A stretch of 38,364 nucleotides of DNA from a virus (taxonomy: Duplodnaviria; Caudoviricetes), in IMG/VR virus record IMGVR_UViG_3300019874_000015, positions 1 through 38,364 of that record; one strand, written 5' to 3'. Position 1 is the first letter of the stretch, and the number at the start of each line of letters is the position of its first letter. Below, in pieces: positions 16,940 through 25,416 of the stretch. The notes beneath the pieces are model-generated. The model had not been told where the DNA came from. It saw only the letters and a list, made by a program, of their open reading frames with translations, and made no database searches. The translations under genes were made by a program, and so were the position numbers.

Positions 16940-18149
16940 TTATAGTCTAGCCGTTACGTTTAGTCCTGAAATCCAGTTCTGGTTCGAAATTGCCCTGGCA
17001 ATTGCGAATTTAGCGTATAGCTGACTGTTCTGTGCAACTGATGAAACCACCCAATCTGGACGGAATCCAATCTTAGCACTGTATTGGTTCTGCTCAATCT
17101 TAGCTGCAGCCTCTAGACCAAACATCGGGATTGTATAAACCGTCTGTCCGCCTGGAGATGAATGACCTGGAATCTTTGCAGCTTTGGAAGAGACAAAGAA
17201 CCGGAATCGAGATACCGAGCAATATTCCTCAGGCCTCAAACCTTCTTGATCTGGGTATGCATTTTTGAGCAATACACCCTGAACGTTTTGAAGGTCAGGT
17301 GTGATGTCAGTAGATGCAAGAGCAAGGAAAGCATCCCTAGTAGGACCGGTTGAGAACTTGTTCTCTGCTTCAATTACTTGCAGCATCGTACGAGCATCAT
17401 TACCTAGGAGAATCCGTTCGATGTTATTAATATCGTTACGAGAGATTTCTGAGGGTTGCTGACCATTCAAACCGCCAACAGCATTGATATAGGACACAGA
17501 TGATGAATAAAGATCACGCATAAGCAGATCTTCTTTTTCACGCAACCACTGACCTAACAAAGCAGTAAACTTAGTTAAAACTTTGTTGTTTTCGAAGAGC
17601 GTACTTCGCTGTTACTTTCAGAGCTTTCAACTCGCTCTTACTGACCATTTCTGGCGGAGGGTCTTGTTAATCCCCTCTCAATGAGTTTCCCCATTGTTCG
17701 GACTATCACTTCACCTTACGGTGTTCTCGGGGTTAGTCTCTGTGGCTGCACTCATATGATGCTTGCCTCTGGTTACCATGCGCTTATGCAGCGTTTAGGC
17801 TTTCCAAGGTATTTACCGAAAATTTATAGCGGGCTACGCGTGTTCCAACCTGCTCATTGATAACTACAGTCTTAGCAAAGATCTCTGTCGTTGCATCGAT
17901 ATCAGTACGTACGACAACTTCTGGTGCTGGATCTACTCCAGAACCATCTAGTTGGCCACCATCTGTGCTTAAACGCTCATATCTACTCATCCTTGTCGTC
18001 TTACCAATATGCGCTTCAGCAAAGTGAAGATCGCAACCAAAGGAATGGATGAGGTTGAACATGGGCGTAGATAATAGGTCTTCAGAAAACTGCAATGGCA
18101 GCTCTGGAGCCATATTGAAAATTGAGGTAATCCCAGTAGAACTGGACAT
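16940..18149 (-). CDS. major capsid protein (N4-gp56-like), spliced: exon 1 18149-17848, exon 2 17603-16940, 321 aa
   Basis: 302+664 nt = 322 codons; the junction reads VINEQV-TLFENNKVLTKFTALLGQWLRE; follows portal and scaffold. Confidence 0.88.
17604..17847 (-). ncRNA. group I self-splicing intron, 244 nt, no ORF
   Basis: P3 TTTTCGG/CCGAGAA, P4 CCTTGG/CCAGAGG, R CAGAGACTA, S GTGATAGTCC, P8 CACC-GTAA-GGTG, P9 CAATGGG-GAAA-CTCATTG, terminal G, P1 with U.G pair, P10 GCGTA/TACGC. Confidence 0.92.
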
Positions 18150-18180
18150 GATACACTCTCGTTTATGTGTTACTAAATCC

Positions 18181-18257
18181 GATAGGAGCGAACCTACCTA
18201 TTCTGCTTCACACTGGCGAGGTGTTTATCTGCCTACGCTTGCGACACGCTATTCAGC
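18181..18257 (-). ncRNA. three tandem pseudoknot-motif units in the capsid mRNA leader
   Basis: GCTGAATA-GCGT-GTCGCAA-GCGT; GCAGATAA-ACAC-CTCGCCA-GTGT; GCAGAATA-GGTAGG-TTCGCT-CCTATC. Confidence 0.7.
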
Positions 18258-18870
18258 TATTTTCGATAGTACGAAATTTTTGGAATATTCGCACCAAAGA
18301 TCTTTTTGTAATTCCTAAAGTTCCTTGAATTTCTTTATTCGCAATTCCTTTTCTTTTCATTTCTAAAGCTTTCAACCTAACTTCTTCTGGATATTTAGGA
18401 ATTCCAGCTAGTACCTTTGTCTTTTCTTCGAAAGATTTCCTTCTAAAAAACTGATAAATTGCCTGGATAGAAGGCCCTAATTTTTCCGATATCTCTCGAT
18501 ATGTACTTCCGTTTTTCCTCATTTTTATAGATTCTTCTACGATTTCAGGAGAATATTTCATTGCTCCTTTGAAATTCTGTCTTCTTTTGATAACCATATC
18601 ATTTGTATTATCTTTTGCGGTCCCCAAAAAAAGATGCTCAACTCTCATACATCTAGGATTATCACATTTATGAAGTACCCATAAACCTTCAGGTATTTCT
18701 CCATTATGAGATATCCAATTTGCCCTATGCGCACCAATCATTTTTCTTCGAAACTTTAAAATTGGATAACCATGACCAATTTTGGGTTTATAAGTCGACT
18801 CAAGGCATTCCCCGTTCCACTTACTTCTTGCTAATAGGCGTGCTTTTAATTTTTCGTATTCGGCAGACAT
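18253..18870 (-). CDS. free-standing HNH homing endonuclease with two C-terminal HTH-like repeats
   Basis: AHRANWISHNGEIPEGLWVLHKCDNPRCMRVEHLFLGTAKDNTNDM. Confidence 0.92.
   Translation of the reverse strand: MSAEYEKLKARLLARSKWNGECLESTYKPKIGHGYPILKFRRKMIGAHRANWISHNGEIPEGLWVLHKCDNPRCMRVEHLFLGTAKDNTNDMVIKRRQNFKGAMKYSPEIVEESIKMRKNGSTYREISEKLGPSIQAIYQFFRRKSFEEKTKVLAGIPKYPEEVRLKALEMKRKGIANKEIQGTLGITKRSLVRIFQKFRTIENS
18266..18294 (-). promoter_or_regulatory. possible capsid promoter embedded in the HNH 3' end
   Basis: GTGCGA-17 nt-TACTAT; predicted start falls just before the first pseudoknot unit; -35 is weak. Confidence 0.4.
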
Positions 18871-18898
18871 ACAACTCCCCAGTTGATCCTATGAAAAA

Positions 18899-18948
18899 AA
18901 TATGTCAGGCCGTAGGTAGCGGCTTTTCGGATGCCTCCTAGACATATT
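18899..18948 (-). ncRNA. three-way-junction RNA in the HNH leader
   Basis: AATATGTC/GACATATT closing stem, GGA-GGCA-TCC GNRA hairpin, GAAAA linker, GCCG-CTACCTA-CGGC hairpin. Confidence 0.55.
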
Positions 18949-18954
18949 GAGAGT

Positions 18955-18983
18955 ACTATATCATGTTCTTGTATTTTATGTAA
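18955..18983 (-). promoter_or_regulatory. sigma70-type promoter for the HNH gene
   Basis: TTACAT-17 nt-TATAGT with TGn extension. Confidence 0.55.
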
Positions 18984-18996
18984 GTAACTAAGCCTC

Positions 18997-19752
18997 TTAC
19001 TCTAAGCCCTTCATGCGTCTGTTCATTCGCTGCCAATTATCTCTTTTTCTCTCTTCACTCAGTGCCATGATAGGAGATGCATCACCTGTTTGGGCTAGCC
19101 CCGACGATATGGATTGCGGTTTGTTGAGATTTCGTTCAGCCTTTGCCGCATCCTTTGATGCGTTCGTGTTAGGTATATAACGTTTCATCGCGTTATATAC
19201 CTTTGACCACTTCTCAAGAGAGTCAGGCATTACTTTAAGGGCTTCAAATGCTTCTGGATGATGGTATTCGAGATAGTCTACGTTCTCTTGCGAGCAGACT
19301 TTATCGAAGTCCGGGAAAGTTTGTCTGATTTTGATAGGAGCTTCTTTCGTCTCTTTTTCTTTCCTTTCGGCATCTCTTTGAGCTTCGCGTCTTCCAATAG
19401 CATCATCGACTCTTCGTTGAATCTCGTCTTCTTCCGTCTCTTCTTCCTTCTCTTTAGAGGGGGTGTTTCGGTTGATAACAGCATCGAGTGCTTTTTTGAG
19501 AGCTTCTGCTTCCGCTTCTTTCTCTTTGGCTTTTCTGTCGCTCTCTTCTTTCTCTTTCCTCTCTTTATCTCTGACTTCTCTAAACTTTCTCCAGTTGATT
19601 TGCTCTTGCGTCTCCTGCGTCTCTTTGTTTTCTTGTGGGGAGGAAGATTTGGTGGAAGAAACGACTTCAGGCTTTTTCTCATTTGACGCTACAGGTTGTG
19701 TTGTTTCTGGTTTTTTTACTTCTTCACTGATAGGATTTGGTTTCGCGGTCAT
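18997..19752 (-). CDS. capsid scaffolding protein
   Basis: Highly charged coiled coil between portal and capsid genes; FPDFDKV motif; basic C-terminal helix. Confidence 0.75.
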   Translation of the reverse strand: MTAKPNPISEEVKKPETTQPVASNEKKPEVVSSTKSSSPQENKETQETQEQINWRKFREVRDKERKEKEESDRKAKEKEAEAEALKKALDAVINRNTPSKEKEEETEEDEIQRRVDDAIGRREAQRDAERKEKETKEAPIKIRQTFPDFDKVCSQENVDYLEYHHPEAFEALKVMPDSLEKWSKVYNAMKRYIPNTNASKDAAKAERNLNKPQSISSGLAQTGDASPIMALSEERKRDNWQRMNRRMKGLE

Positions 19753-19770
19753 TTTACCTCTATCTTACTT

Positions 19771-20046
19771 ATGGATGATACTTTAGATTCCCCACATGTT
19801 GCCAAAATCGATGAATATAAAAAAGATTTAGCTCATTATAGGAATGTTTTGCAATATCTTGGTGCAAATGTACCCATAGAATGCCTATGCCTACCTAAAG
19901 TCATTGAGACTGTATTGGTGAGGGAAGGCTGCTTGCGTGTTTATGACTTGATTAACCGTGATCTTAGAAAAATCAAAGGGCTTGGTAAAGGAAGAATCGA
20001 TCTCCTTGCATCCCGATTGGATGAGTTTTTCTCGATTAGCAGCTAG
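19771..20046 (+). CDS. RNA polymerase alpha-CTD-like helix-hairpin-helix protein (91 aa), antisense within the head module
   Basis: PIECLCLPKVIETVLVREGCLRVYDLINRDLRKIKGLGKGRIDLLASRL aligns by eye with the alpha-CTD pattern; no clear SD. Confidence 0.6.
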   Translation: MDDTLDSPHVAKIDEYKKDLAHYRNVLQYLGANVPIECLCLPKVIETVLVREGCLRVYDLINRDLRKIKGLGKGRIDLLASRLDEFFSISS

Positions 20047-20517
20047 ATACTCTGATTCCGATTGAAGAGATATGTCATGCTCTTCACGAATGTCATGATG
20101 AAACGTCCCATTGAAGAATGAATCACTCCATCTCTTGGTCCTTTCCCAAATTGGAGATACGTTGGACATCTCTGATACGACAGCCATTACATCTGGCCCG
20201 GGGAGTGTCCAAAGAAGACGAATCATGTCTGATCTCTTCTCAAAGAGAAAGCACATCTGATTTGGGCGAGGATTGGGAAGATAAGGCCACGCGTAGAATT
20301 TACGTCTCTTAACCCCTTTGATTAGGCAGTCAGTAGCCGTAACACAAACAACACAAAACTCGGGTTCATCAATTGTGTCATGATGGATGTTAATGCATTG
20401 CCATACTTGGTCAAGGATATCATTGCATAGAGCCTCACCCAACTCATACGGATCATGTCTTGTGTTATCCTGACGAGCTTTCAGTGCTTGAGCACCTACT
20501 GTAAGTCTATCTCCCAT
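19891..20517 (-). CDS. hypothetical protein (head module)
   Basis: 208-aa ORF, TAATG-coupled to the upstream gene. Confidence 0.8.
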   Translation of the reverse strand: MGDRLTVGAQALKARQDNTRHDPYELGEALCNDILDQVWQCINIHHDTIDEPEFCVVCVTATDCLIKGVKRRKFYAWPYLPNPRPNQMCFLFEKRSDMIRLLWTLPGPDVMAVVSEMSNVSPIWERTKRWSDSFFNGTFHHDIREEHDISLQSESEYLAANREKLIQSGCKEIDSSFTKPFDFSKITVNQVINTQAAFPHQYSLNDFR

Positions 20518-20825
20518 TAATGGTCTTCAGCATTCACTTTCTTCTGCGTCGATTCCCGCTTAGATCCAGATATAGGATTGAAAGAGTTCCCTTCATTCCT
20601 ACATAGATCCTTAGAAGGTGCATTCACATCGTAATGCATTTCCCAATGATCTTTTGGTGTGGCACGCCCATCACCTTTACCAGGAACTGAAGCATTTGGG
20701 CCATGATCATCATGATGTTTCTTTGGGCCTTCCAGATTTACTTTTGAGGATGGTTTATACCCATTCTCCGCCATCCCTGGCCCTTTCTCGCTCTTCGAGC
20801 GAATAGGTTCATTTTTATAGCCCAT
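20517..20825 (-). CDS. hypothetical hydrophilic protein
   Basis: SD GAGGG; low-structure composition typical of small genes after a portal. Confidence 0.7.
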   Translation of the reverse strand: MGYKNEPIRSKSEKGPGMAENGYKPSSKVNLEGPKKHHDDHGPNASVPGKGDGRATPKDHWEMHYDVNAPSKDLCRNEGNSFNPISGSKRESTQKKVNAEDH

Positions 20826-20836
20826 AAGCCCTCAGA

Positions 20837-21010
20837 TTAATATTTCATCTGATTTTTTTTGACATAATCAGCAAGCCCTGATGATGCCTTGTCAAGATCT
20901 TGAGGATTTCCCATTTCAGTTGCATACTTAAGTTTGCATACTGGATTGAGTTGACCTTCATCTTGTTCAAATCGTTCTTTTGGTCCGCCGACCCCTTTCA
21001 TGTCTCTCAT
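20837..21010 (-). CDS. 57-aa hypothetical protein (below the ORF-track cutoff)
   Basis: MRDMKGVGGPKERFEQ...VKKNQMKY*; SD AAGGTG; fills the gap after the portal gene. Confidence 0.7.
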   Translation of the reverse strand: MRDMKGVGGPKERFEQDEGQLNPVCKLKYATEMGNPQDLDKASSGLADYVKKNQMKY

Positions 21011-21013
21011 ATA

Positions 21014-23056
21014 TCACCTTGTTAGCGCAGGTTGTGCCTGCTGTTCTGAAGATAACTTTATAATATTTGACAATTCAAGTGTATTCCTCACTTGAGACAG
21101 CTCCATATCTTCCAGGGCTATCATCTCTTTGACAAGAGCGAGTTCCGATTCTTTCTCTTTGTAATGGGCATTGGCTTCTATCTCATCGATACGTGCAAAT
21201 TTCTCTGCTGCGGATGCATTTAGGTCTTGTACCCTGGCAAGTTCAGCCTTGGATTTGGCATATTCCATCATCATTTTGCTGTTGTCTATCTTAGATTGCT
21301 GTTGCATTTGGGCTTGTTGTTGCTGCATTTGCTGTTGCGCTTGTTCGGTGGCATCAGCTTCCACTTCTTTCTTATTAGTGATGAAGGAGGCACGGAAGAT
21401 TGATTTGTCGGCAACTGTCATTCCGATTTCTTTGAAGTGGAGAAGCTGTTGGAGTTCCATTTGTTTCTGTGTCGTTGAATATGCCCCTTCTTCGACTGCT
21501 AGTGAGTACTTGAGGGATTGGGATGAGAAGAAGAGAGGATTGACTTTCTTGCCTGTAATTCTTTCAACTTTGGCTTTGGAGAAGTTCTTGCGTATGGCTT
21601 GAAGACGAATCTCACCATAGAGGCGTTGGGTGTAGTCTAGTTTGTCAAAGATCGTTTGTAGGGTGGTTAATCCTGCTCCTTGACGTAACATTGATAATAT
21701 CCCTGCCTTGTCATCAGTAGCCGATCCTAGCAGCTCCTCGTTGACCCCTGATATCTTGGTGATGTCTTCAGAGAGAGAACGGGAAAGTTCAAGCATTGAT
21801 GCTGGGATGTTAGGCGGTTCTATCCGTTGAATCTCACCAGGTAAATGGCCAGCCTTGAGAGGGACAAGGAATCCTTGACCAGATTGTCTAAAAGCTTTTG
21901 GATCTACTACAGCATCAATTGGATATATCCATCCAGAATTTATTTGACTCTGAAGTATGTCAAGCTCAATGACCTTGCGCATATTATAAAGATATTGCGA
22001 ATCACGAAGATTGCGGACCACCCCGGTTATTTTCCATGCATATGACTGCATGTCAGGCTCGTGATAACATAGGGTCGGAACCATCGGATAACGGTCAATA
22101 TTTAAGAGGTTTGGCCCATCATATAGGATGCGATCACCAATCGAGACACATAACTTTACAGTTGGGACTTGCTTCTTGTGTATCTTCAGCCATGGTTGCT
22201 GCTTCATGATATGGGCAAGTTCAGCCTCATTATCTTCGCCTTCATCTTCTTCCCATTCGGTATTGTCACCAGTATAGGGATCAAGGATGAGCTTGGCTTC
22301 ACGTGTTGAACGATAGTAGAATTGATCGTAAGCGAGGAGTTTGTTGGTATCTAGATTCATTAGCTCTGCCTGAAGAGGGAATCTCCCATCTTTTGCACCC
22401 ATGAATCGCATCCCATCAATCTCTTTGGCATGGCCGGGGAGAAGAGCCTTAGCTCCTTGGCGAGTCACCCATCTTCTCCTCCACATTGCTGTACAATCTG
22501 ACAGGTCTTGCTTGCGGAAATATGTATCGATGAGGACATTGCAATATGCTACCTGGTCTGTGACCAAATCACCTGACACCGGATCTAGGGTATAATCCAT
22601 CTCCAGAGACAATATATTGAGACCAGTAGTGCAAGCGTTCTCAAAAGATTGAGATAAGTATTCTTGGAAGCCATCACGATTCTCTGTCCATTTGAGACAT
22701 GCATTGTAGGCGTCGGCAAGATCGTCTTCATCATGAAGTGGGATCGCAATGGTGCTTTTACGATTCTTCCTTTGGAACCCGCATATCATCGATATGTGAC
22801 GCTTGATCAGGTTGAAGAAGAAGCGGCGGGAGGCGTAGTACTGATTGTCGCCGTAGATGATGTTGTTGAGGGATTGGTCGCCAACTTTGAAACGGGTGTC
22901 AATGTAGCCCTGCTGCCACATGGCGGAACACGGGGGATACTGTGTCGCGTAGAATTGGTCTTTGAATCCCTTTAAATATTTGGCATTCATGTCTGTTGGG
23001 TCCATATAACTTCCCAACGCATAACTACCATTTTGATACGAACCCAATTCGGACAC
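21014..23056 (-). CDS. portal protein (P22-like)
   Basis: FNLIKRHISMICGFQRKNR, GVVRNLRDSQYLYN, ISGVNEELLG, Gln-rich C-terminal barrel; follows TerL. Confidence 0.88.
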   Translation of the reverse strand: MSELGSYQNGSYALGSYMDPTDMNAKYLKGFKDQFYATQYPPCSAMWQQGYIDTRFKVGDQSLNNIIYGDNQYYASRRFFFNLIKRHISMICGFQRKNRKSTIAIPLHDEDDLADAYNACLKWTENRDGFQEYLSQSFENACTTGLNILSLEMDYTLDPVSGDLVTDQVAYCNVLIDTYFRKQDLSDCTAMWRRRWVTRQGAKALLPGHAKEIDGMRFMGAKDGRFPLQAELMNLDTNKLLAYDQFYYRSTREAKLILDPYTGDNTEWEEDEGEDNEAELAHIMKQQPWLKIHKKQVPTVKLCVSIGDRILYDGPNLLNIDRYPMVPTLCYHEPDMQSYAWKITGVVRNLRDSQYLYNMRKVIELDILQSQINSGWIYPIDAVVDPKAFRQSGQGFLVPLKAGHLPGEIQRIEPPNIPASMLELSRSLSEDITKISGVNEELLGSATDDKAGILSMLRQGAGLTTLQTIFDKLDYTQRLYGEIRLQAIRKNFSKAKVERITGKKVNPLFFSSQSLKYSLAVEEGAYSTTQKQMELQQLLHFKEIGMTVADKSIFRASFITNKKEVEADATEQAQQQMQQQQAQMQQQSKIDNSKMMMEYAKSKAELARVQDLNASAAEKFARIDEIEANAHYKEKESELALVKEMIALEDMELSQVRNTLELSNIIKLSSEQQAQPALTR

Positions 23057-23253
23057 CCCTAGTCAATAAGATCATACTATATTGGATTTATTTTTATGGG
23101 AAGTACGGAAGATACGAGGGGTTAAACAGAAATAAGAAAAGAACGGAAATGGAGATAGAAAAAAGCAAAACCAACTGGGAATTTGGAATATTTGTCGTCG
23201 TACGATTTGATCGGCGCATATAAAAACTCCATAAAATTTTTCCTAGGATTTGT

Positions 23254-24537
23254 TTAAAAGTATCCTCCAACATTTGGTTGAAATCCATCCAAAACAGAGT
23301 TCTCTCCGTACACTTGACGCCTAAGTTGCTCAATCGTAATGTTTTCATCAGGGTGACTAAATTGGGCTTGTGGGAAGGCACTAAAACACATGTAACGGGC
23401 GGCGTCGACGGCGTGGTCTGAAATCTTTAATGGTCGGTCTTCTCCCCTATCCAAAGACTTTGGATCCCATTGATATGACTGCATCTGATCAATCAAATTT
23501 GTACAGCTTCGATGTACCACAAGATTCTTCCCATACACGAATTTATTGACCACCTGGATTCCGGGGATGACATCATTTTTGGCGTCCACCACTGGAAGAT
23601 TCAGATTCCTAAGTTCTACCTTGAGGCTTGCTGCGGCAGGATCAATGTATAGGGCACGAATGGATCTCCAAGACAAGAACTTCTTTATGTCATCTGCAAG
23701 CTCAGCGTCCGTCTTTGTCCTTCCTGTCTTTTGGCTGTCGTAGTAATACTCTTCTTCAATTCGAATCTGAGGCCATCGATTAGGAGATATCGCCCCCAAA
23801 AGACAACAAGTAGCATTTATAGTCCCATAGTCAATTGAAGCTATATAATATGATGGTGCTTCCTTCGCATCGGAAAACATATTGTCTTGATCAAACCCAT
23901 CAAACACCATCCCAGTTGCTGCTGTCCAAAGACCTTCAATAAATCTAGAATACCAATGGCTCCCCTGATACTCCTTTTTTAGATTCTCTTTGTAGGACTC
24001 ATCAAGAGATGGGTTGTCATCCAAAACGAAGTGCCAGAAAATAAGATCAAGATCCTTTATTCGATCGATGAGATTTTTTTTAACCCAATGTGATGGAGAA
24101 TCTGGATTGCAACTTGCAAGAAGCTGCGCCCCTTTCACTGAAAGACGAGACCCAAGCATCTTGAAGAATGGTTCAGGTATGCATGTAAGCTCATCGACAT
24201 ATGCGATTGCAAGGGTTGAACCCTGGATTGCTCTTACAGCAGATTCGTCATGCGCACCCACAAAATATAGGTTTCTTCCATATATGCGTGTCTCATTGTT
24301 CTTGCTGCTGGGGATAGGCATTCCAAGGATCTTGTAAAGATCATGAAGAACGTTTCTTTGGATGGTAGCGCGATTCACTCCGATGATCATTACATCACCA
24401 GGAGGACCATTCTTAAGAAGATCAATCAACTTCCAAATGGAAGCATATGTCTTCCCACTTCTTACGGCCCCTACCCATATATTGAAGCGATGAGTGCCTT
24501 CACTGAATGATTGGAGCTGTTTAGGACTTAGTGGCAC
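23254..24537 (-). CDS. terL: terminase large subunit (PBSX-like)
   Basis: Walker A GAVRSGKT, Walker B AYVDE, SCNPDSPSHW, nuclease motifs IDYG, DPAAAS, DHAVDAARY. Confidence 0.95.
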   Translation of the reverse strand: MPLSPKQLQSFSEGTHRFNIWVGAVRSGKTYASIWKLIDLLKNGPPGDVMIIGVNRATIQRNVLHDLYKILGMPIPSSKNNETRIYGRNLYFVGAHDESAVRAIQGSTLAIAYVDELTCIPEPFFKMLGSRLSVKGAQLLASCNPDSPSHWVKKNLIDRIKDLDLIFWHFVLDDNPSLDESYKENLKKEYQGSHWYSRFIEGLWTAATGMVFDGFDQDNMFSDAKEAPSYYIASIDYGTINATCCLLGAISPNRWPQIRIEEEYYYDSQKTGRTKTDAELADDIKKFLSWRSIRALYIDPAAASLKVELRNLNLPVVDAKNDVIPGIQVVNKFVYGKNLVVHRSCTNLIDQMQSYQWDPKSLDRGEDRPLKISDHAVDAARYMCFSAFPQAQFSHPDENITIEQLRRQVYGENSVLDGFQPNVGGYF

Positions 24538-24907
24538 GTGTAGTCTCGTCGATGACTACTTTCAAATCCCCATATGAAGCAGTATTCTTGATCATATTTG
24601 CGTAATATGCTTCGGACTTCGGGAATTTACCTGAACATGATTTGCATATGAAATTGTATTTCATCGGATCTTTACACAAATCTTCTAATTTGGGAGAGCA
24701 TCTTATGCTTACCGTCCAGTCCCCTCCATCATCTTTTGGAGGTCGTGCAGATAGATGAGGTTCCCTTGTCCCTTCTTTCCATTCTGGACATGCCTCATCA
24801 TAAAAGTCATATATGTCGTTGGATTGGTATTTTGCAAATCTAAGGGGCATGTTTTGAGGAATCGGTTGAGGACTGAACTTGCTGATCTTGCCCTGGGTCT
24901 CTTTCAT
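24521..24907 (-). CDS. hypothetical protein between TerS and TerL (CxxC)
   Basis: 128-aa ORF overlapping both neighbours. Confidence 0.55.
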   Translation of the reverse strand: MKETQGKISKFSPQPIPQNMPLRFAKYQSNDIYDFYDEACPEWKEGTREPHLSARPPKDDGGDWTVSIRCSPKLEDLCKDPMKYNFICKSCSGKFPKSEAYYANMIKNTASYGDLKVVIDETTRATKS

Positions 24908-25358
24908 ATAACTTTCTCTCGATTTCCGATAAACGTTTGATAAGTTCCTGATTCTGCTTCATCAGTTCAAGTACAATAGTGATGTTTGGATCATTGGCGG
25001 CGGCATCAGGCTTTTCTTGATGGTCAGATTGACCTAGCCATTGCTTTCCAAGCCATATGGCCATCGAAGCATTTTTCTCAGCTTGTTTGAATTGGTAACG
25101 CCTAAGTGACAGTTTACCAGTACCTTCACACCTTTTCTTAAGTTCAAGAAAACCTGTGCCAAAATGATCATTTATAGCCTTATCTAAGGTAAAAGTACTA
25201 ACATGGAAAGAAGAGGCGATTTCTTGGGCTGTAGCCTGTAATCCAATCCAGTAGATTACTTGGTCTAAGACGATTTCTTTTTCTGGAAGACCTTTAGAGA
25301 CAGGACGAACTCGAATGCGTGGGCGACCATTTGGTTTTCCTGTTGGAATTTGACCCAT
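24840..25358 (-). CDS. terminase small subunit
   Basis: GRPR, HTH AT..EIASSFHVS..TL, GKLSLRRYQFK.A...MAIWLGKQWLGQ.D. Confidence 0.75.
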   Translation of the reverse strand: MGQIPTGKPNGRPRIRVRPVSKGLPEKEIVLDQVIYWIGLQATAQEIASSFHVSTFTLDKAINDHFGTGFLELKKRCEGTGKLSLRRYQFKQAEKNASMAIWLGKQWLGQSDHQEKPDAAANDPNITIVLELMKQNQELIKRLSEIERKLYERDPGQDQQVQSSTDSSKHAP

Positions 25359-25416
25359 TCATATTTTCCCAGTGATCAATATTTACAAGCTGGTTTTTTG
25401 GACTTGTCTTTCTTTT

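Noticed and set aside
16940-18149. Two separate genes (121 aa and 206 aa) or a capsid pseudogene
   Set aside because: The gap has a full group I intron core and splicing restores one reading frame.
18181-18257. CRISPR mini-array or simple tandem repeat
   Set aside because: Units share structure and only a few bases, not an identical repeat; there are no spacers and no cas genes.
18899-18948. Hammerhead ribozyme (contains CTGA and GAAA at a three-way junction)
   Set aside because: The order of junction strands does not match the hammerhead core and CUGANGA is incomplete.
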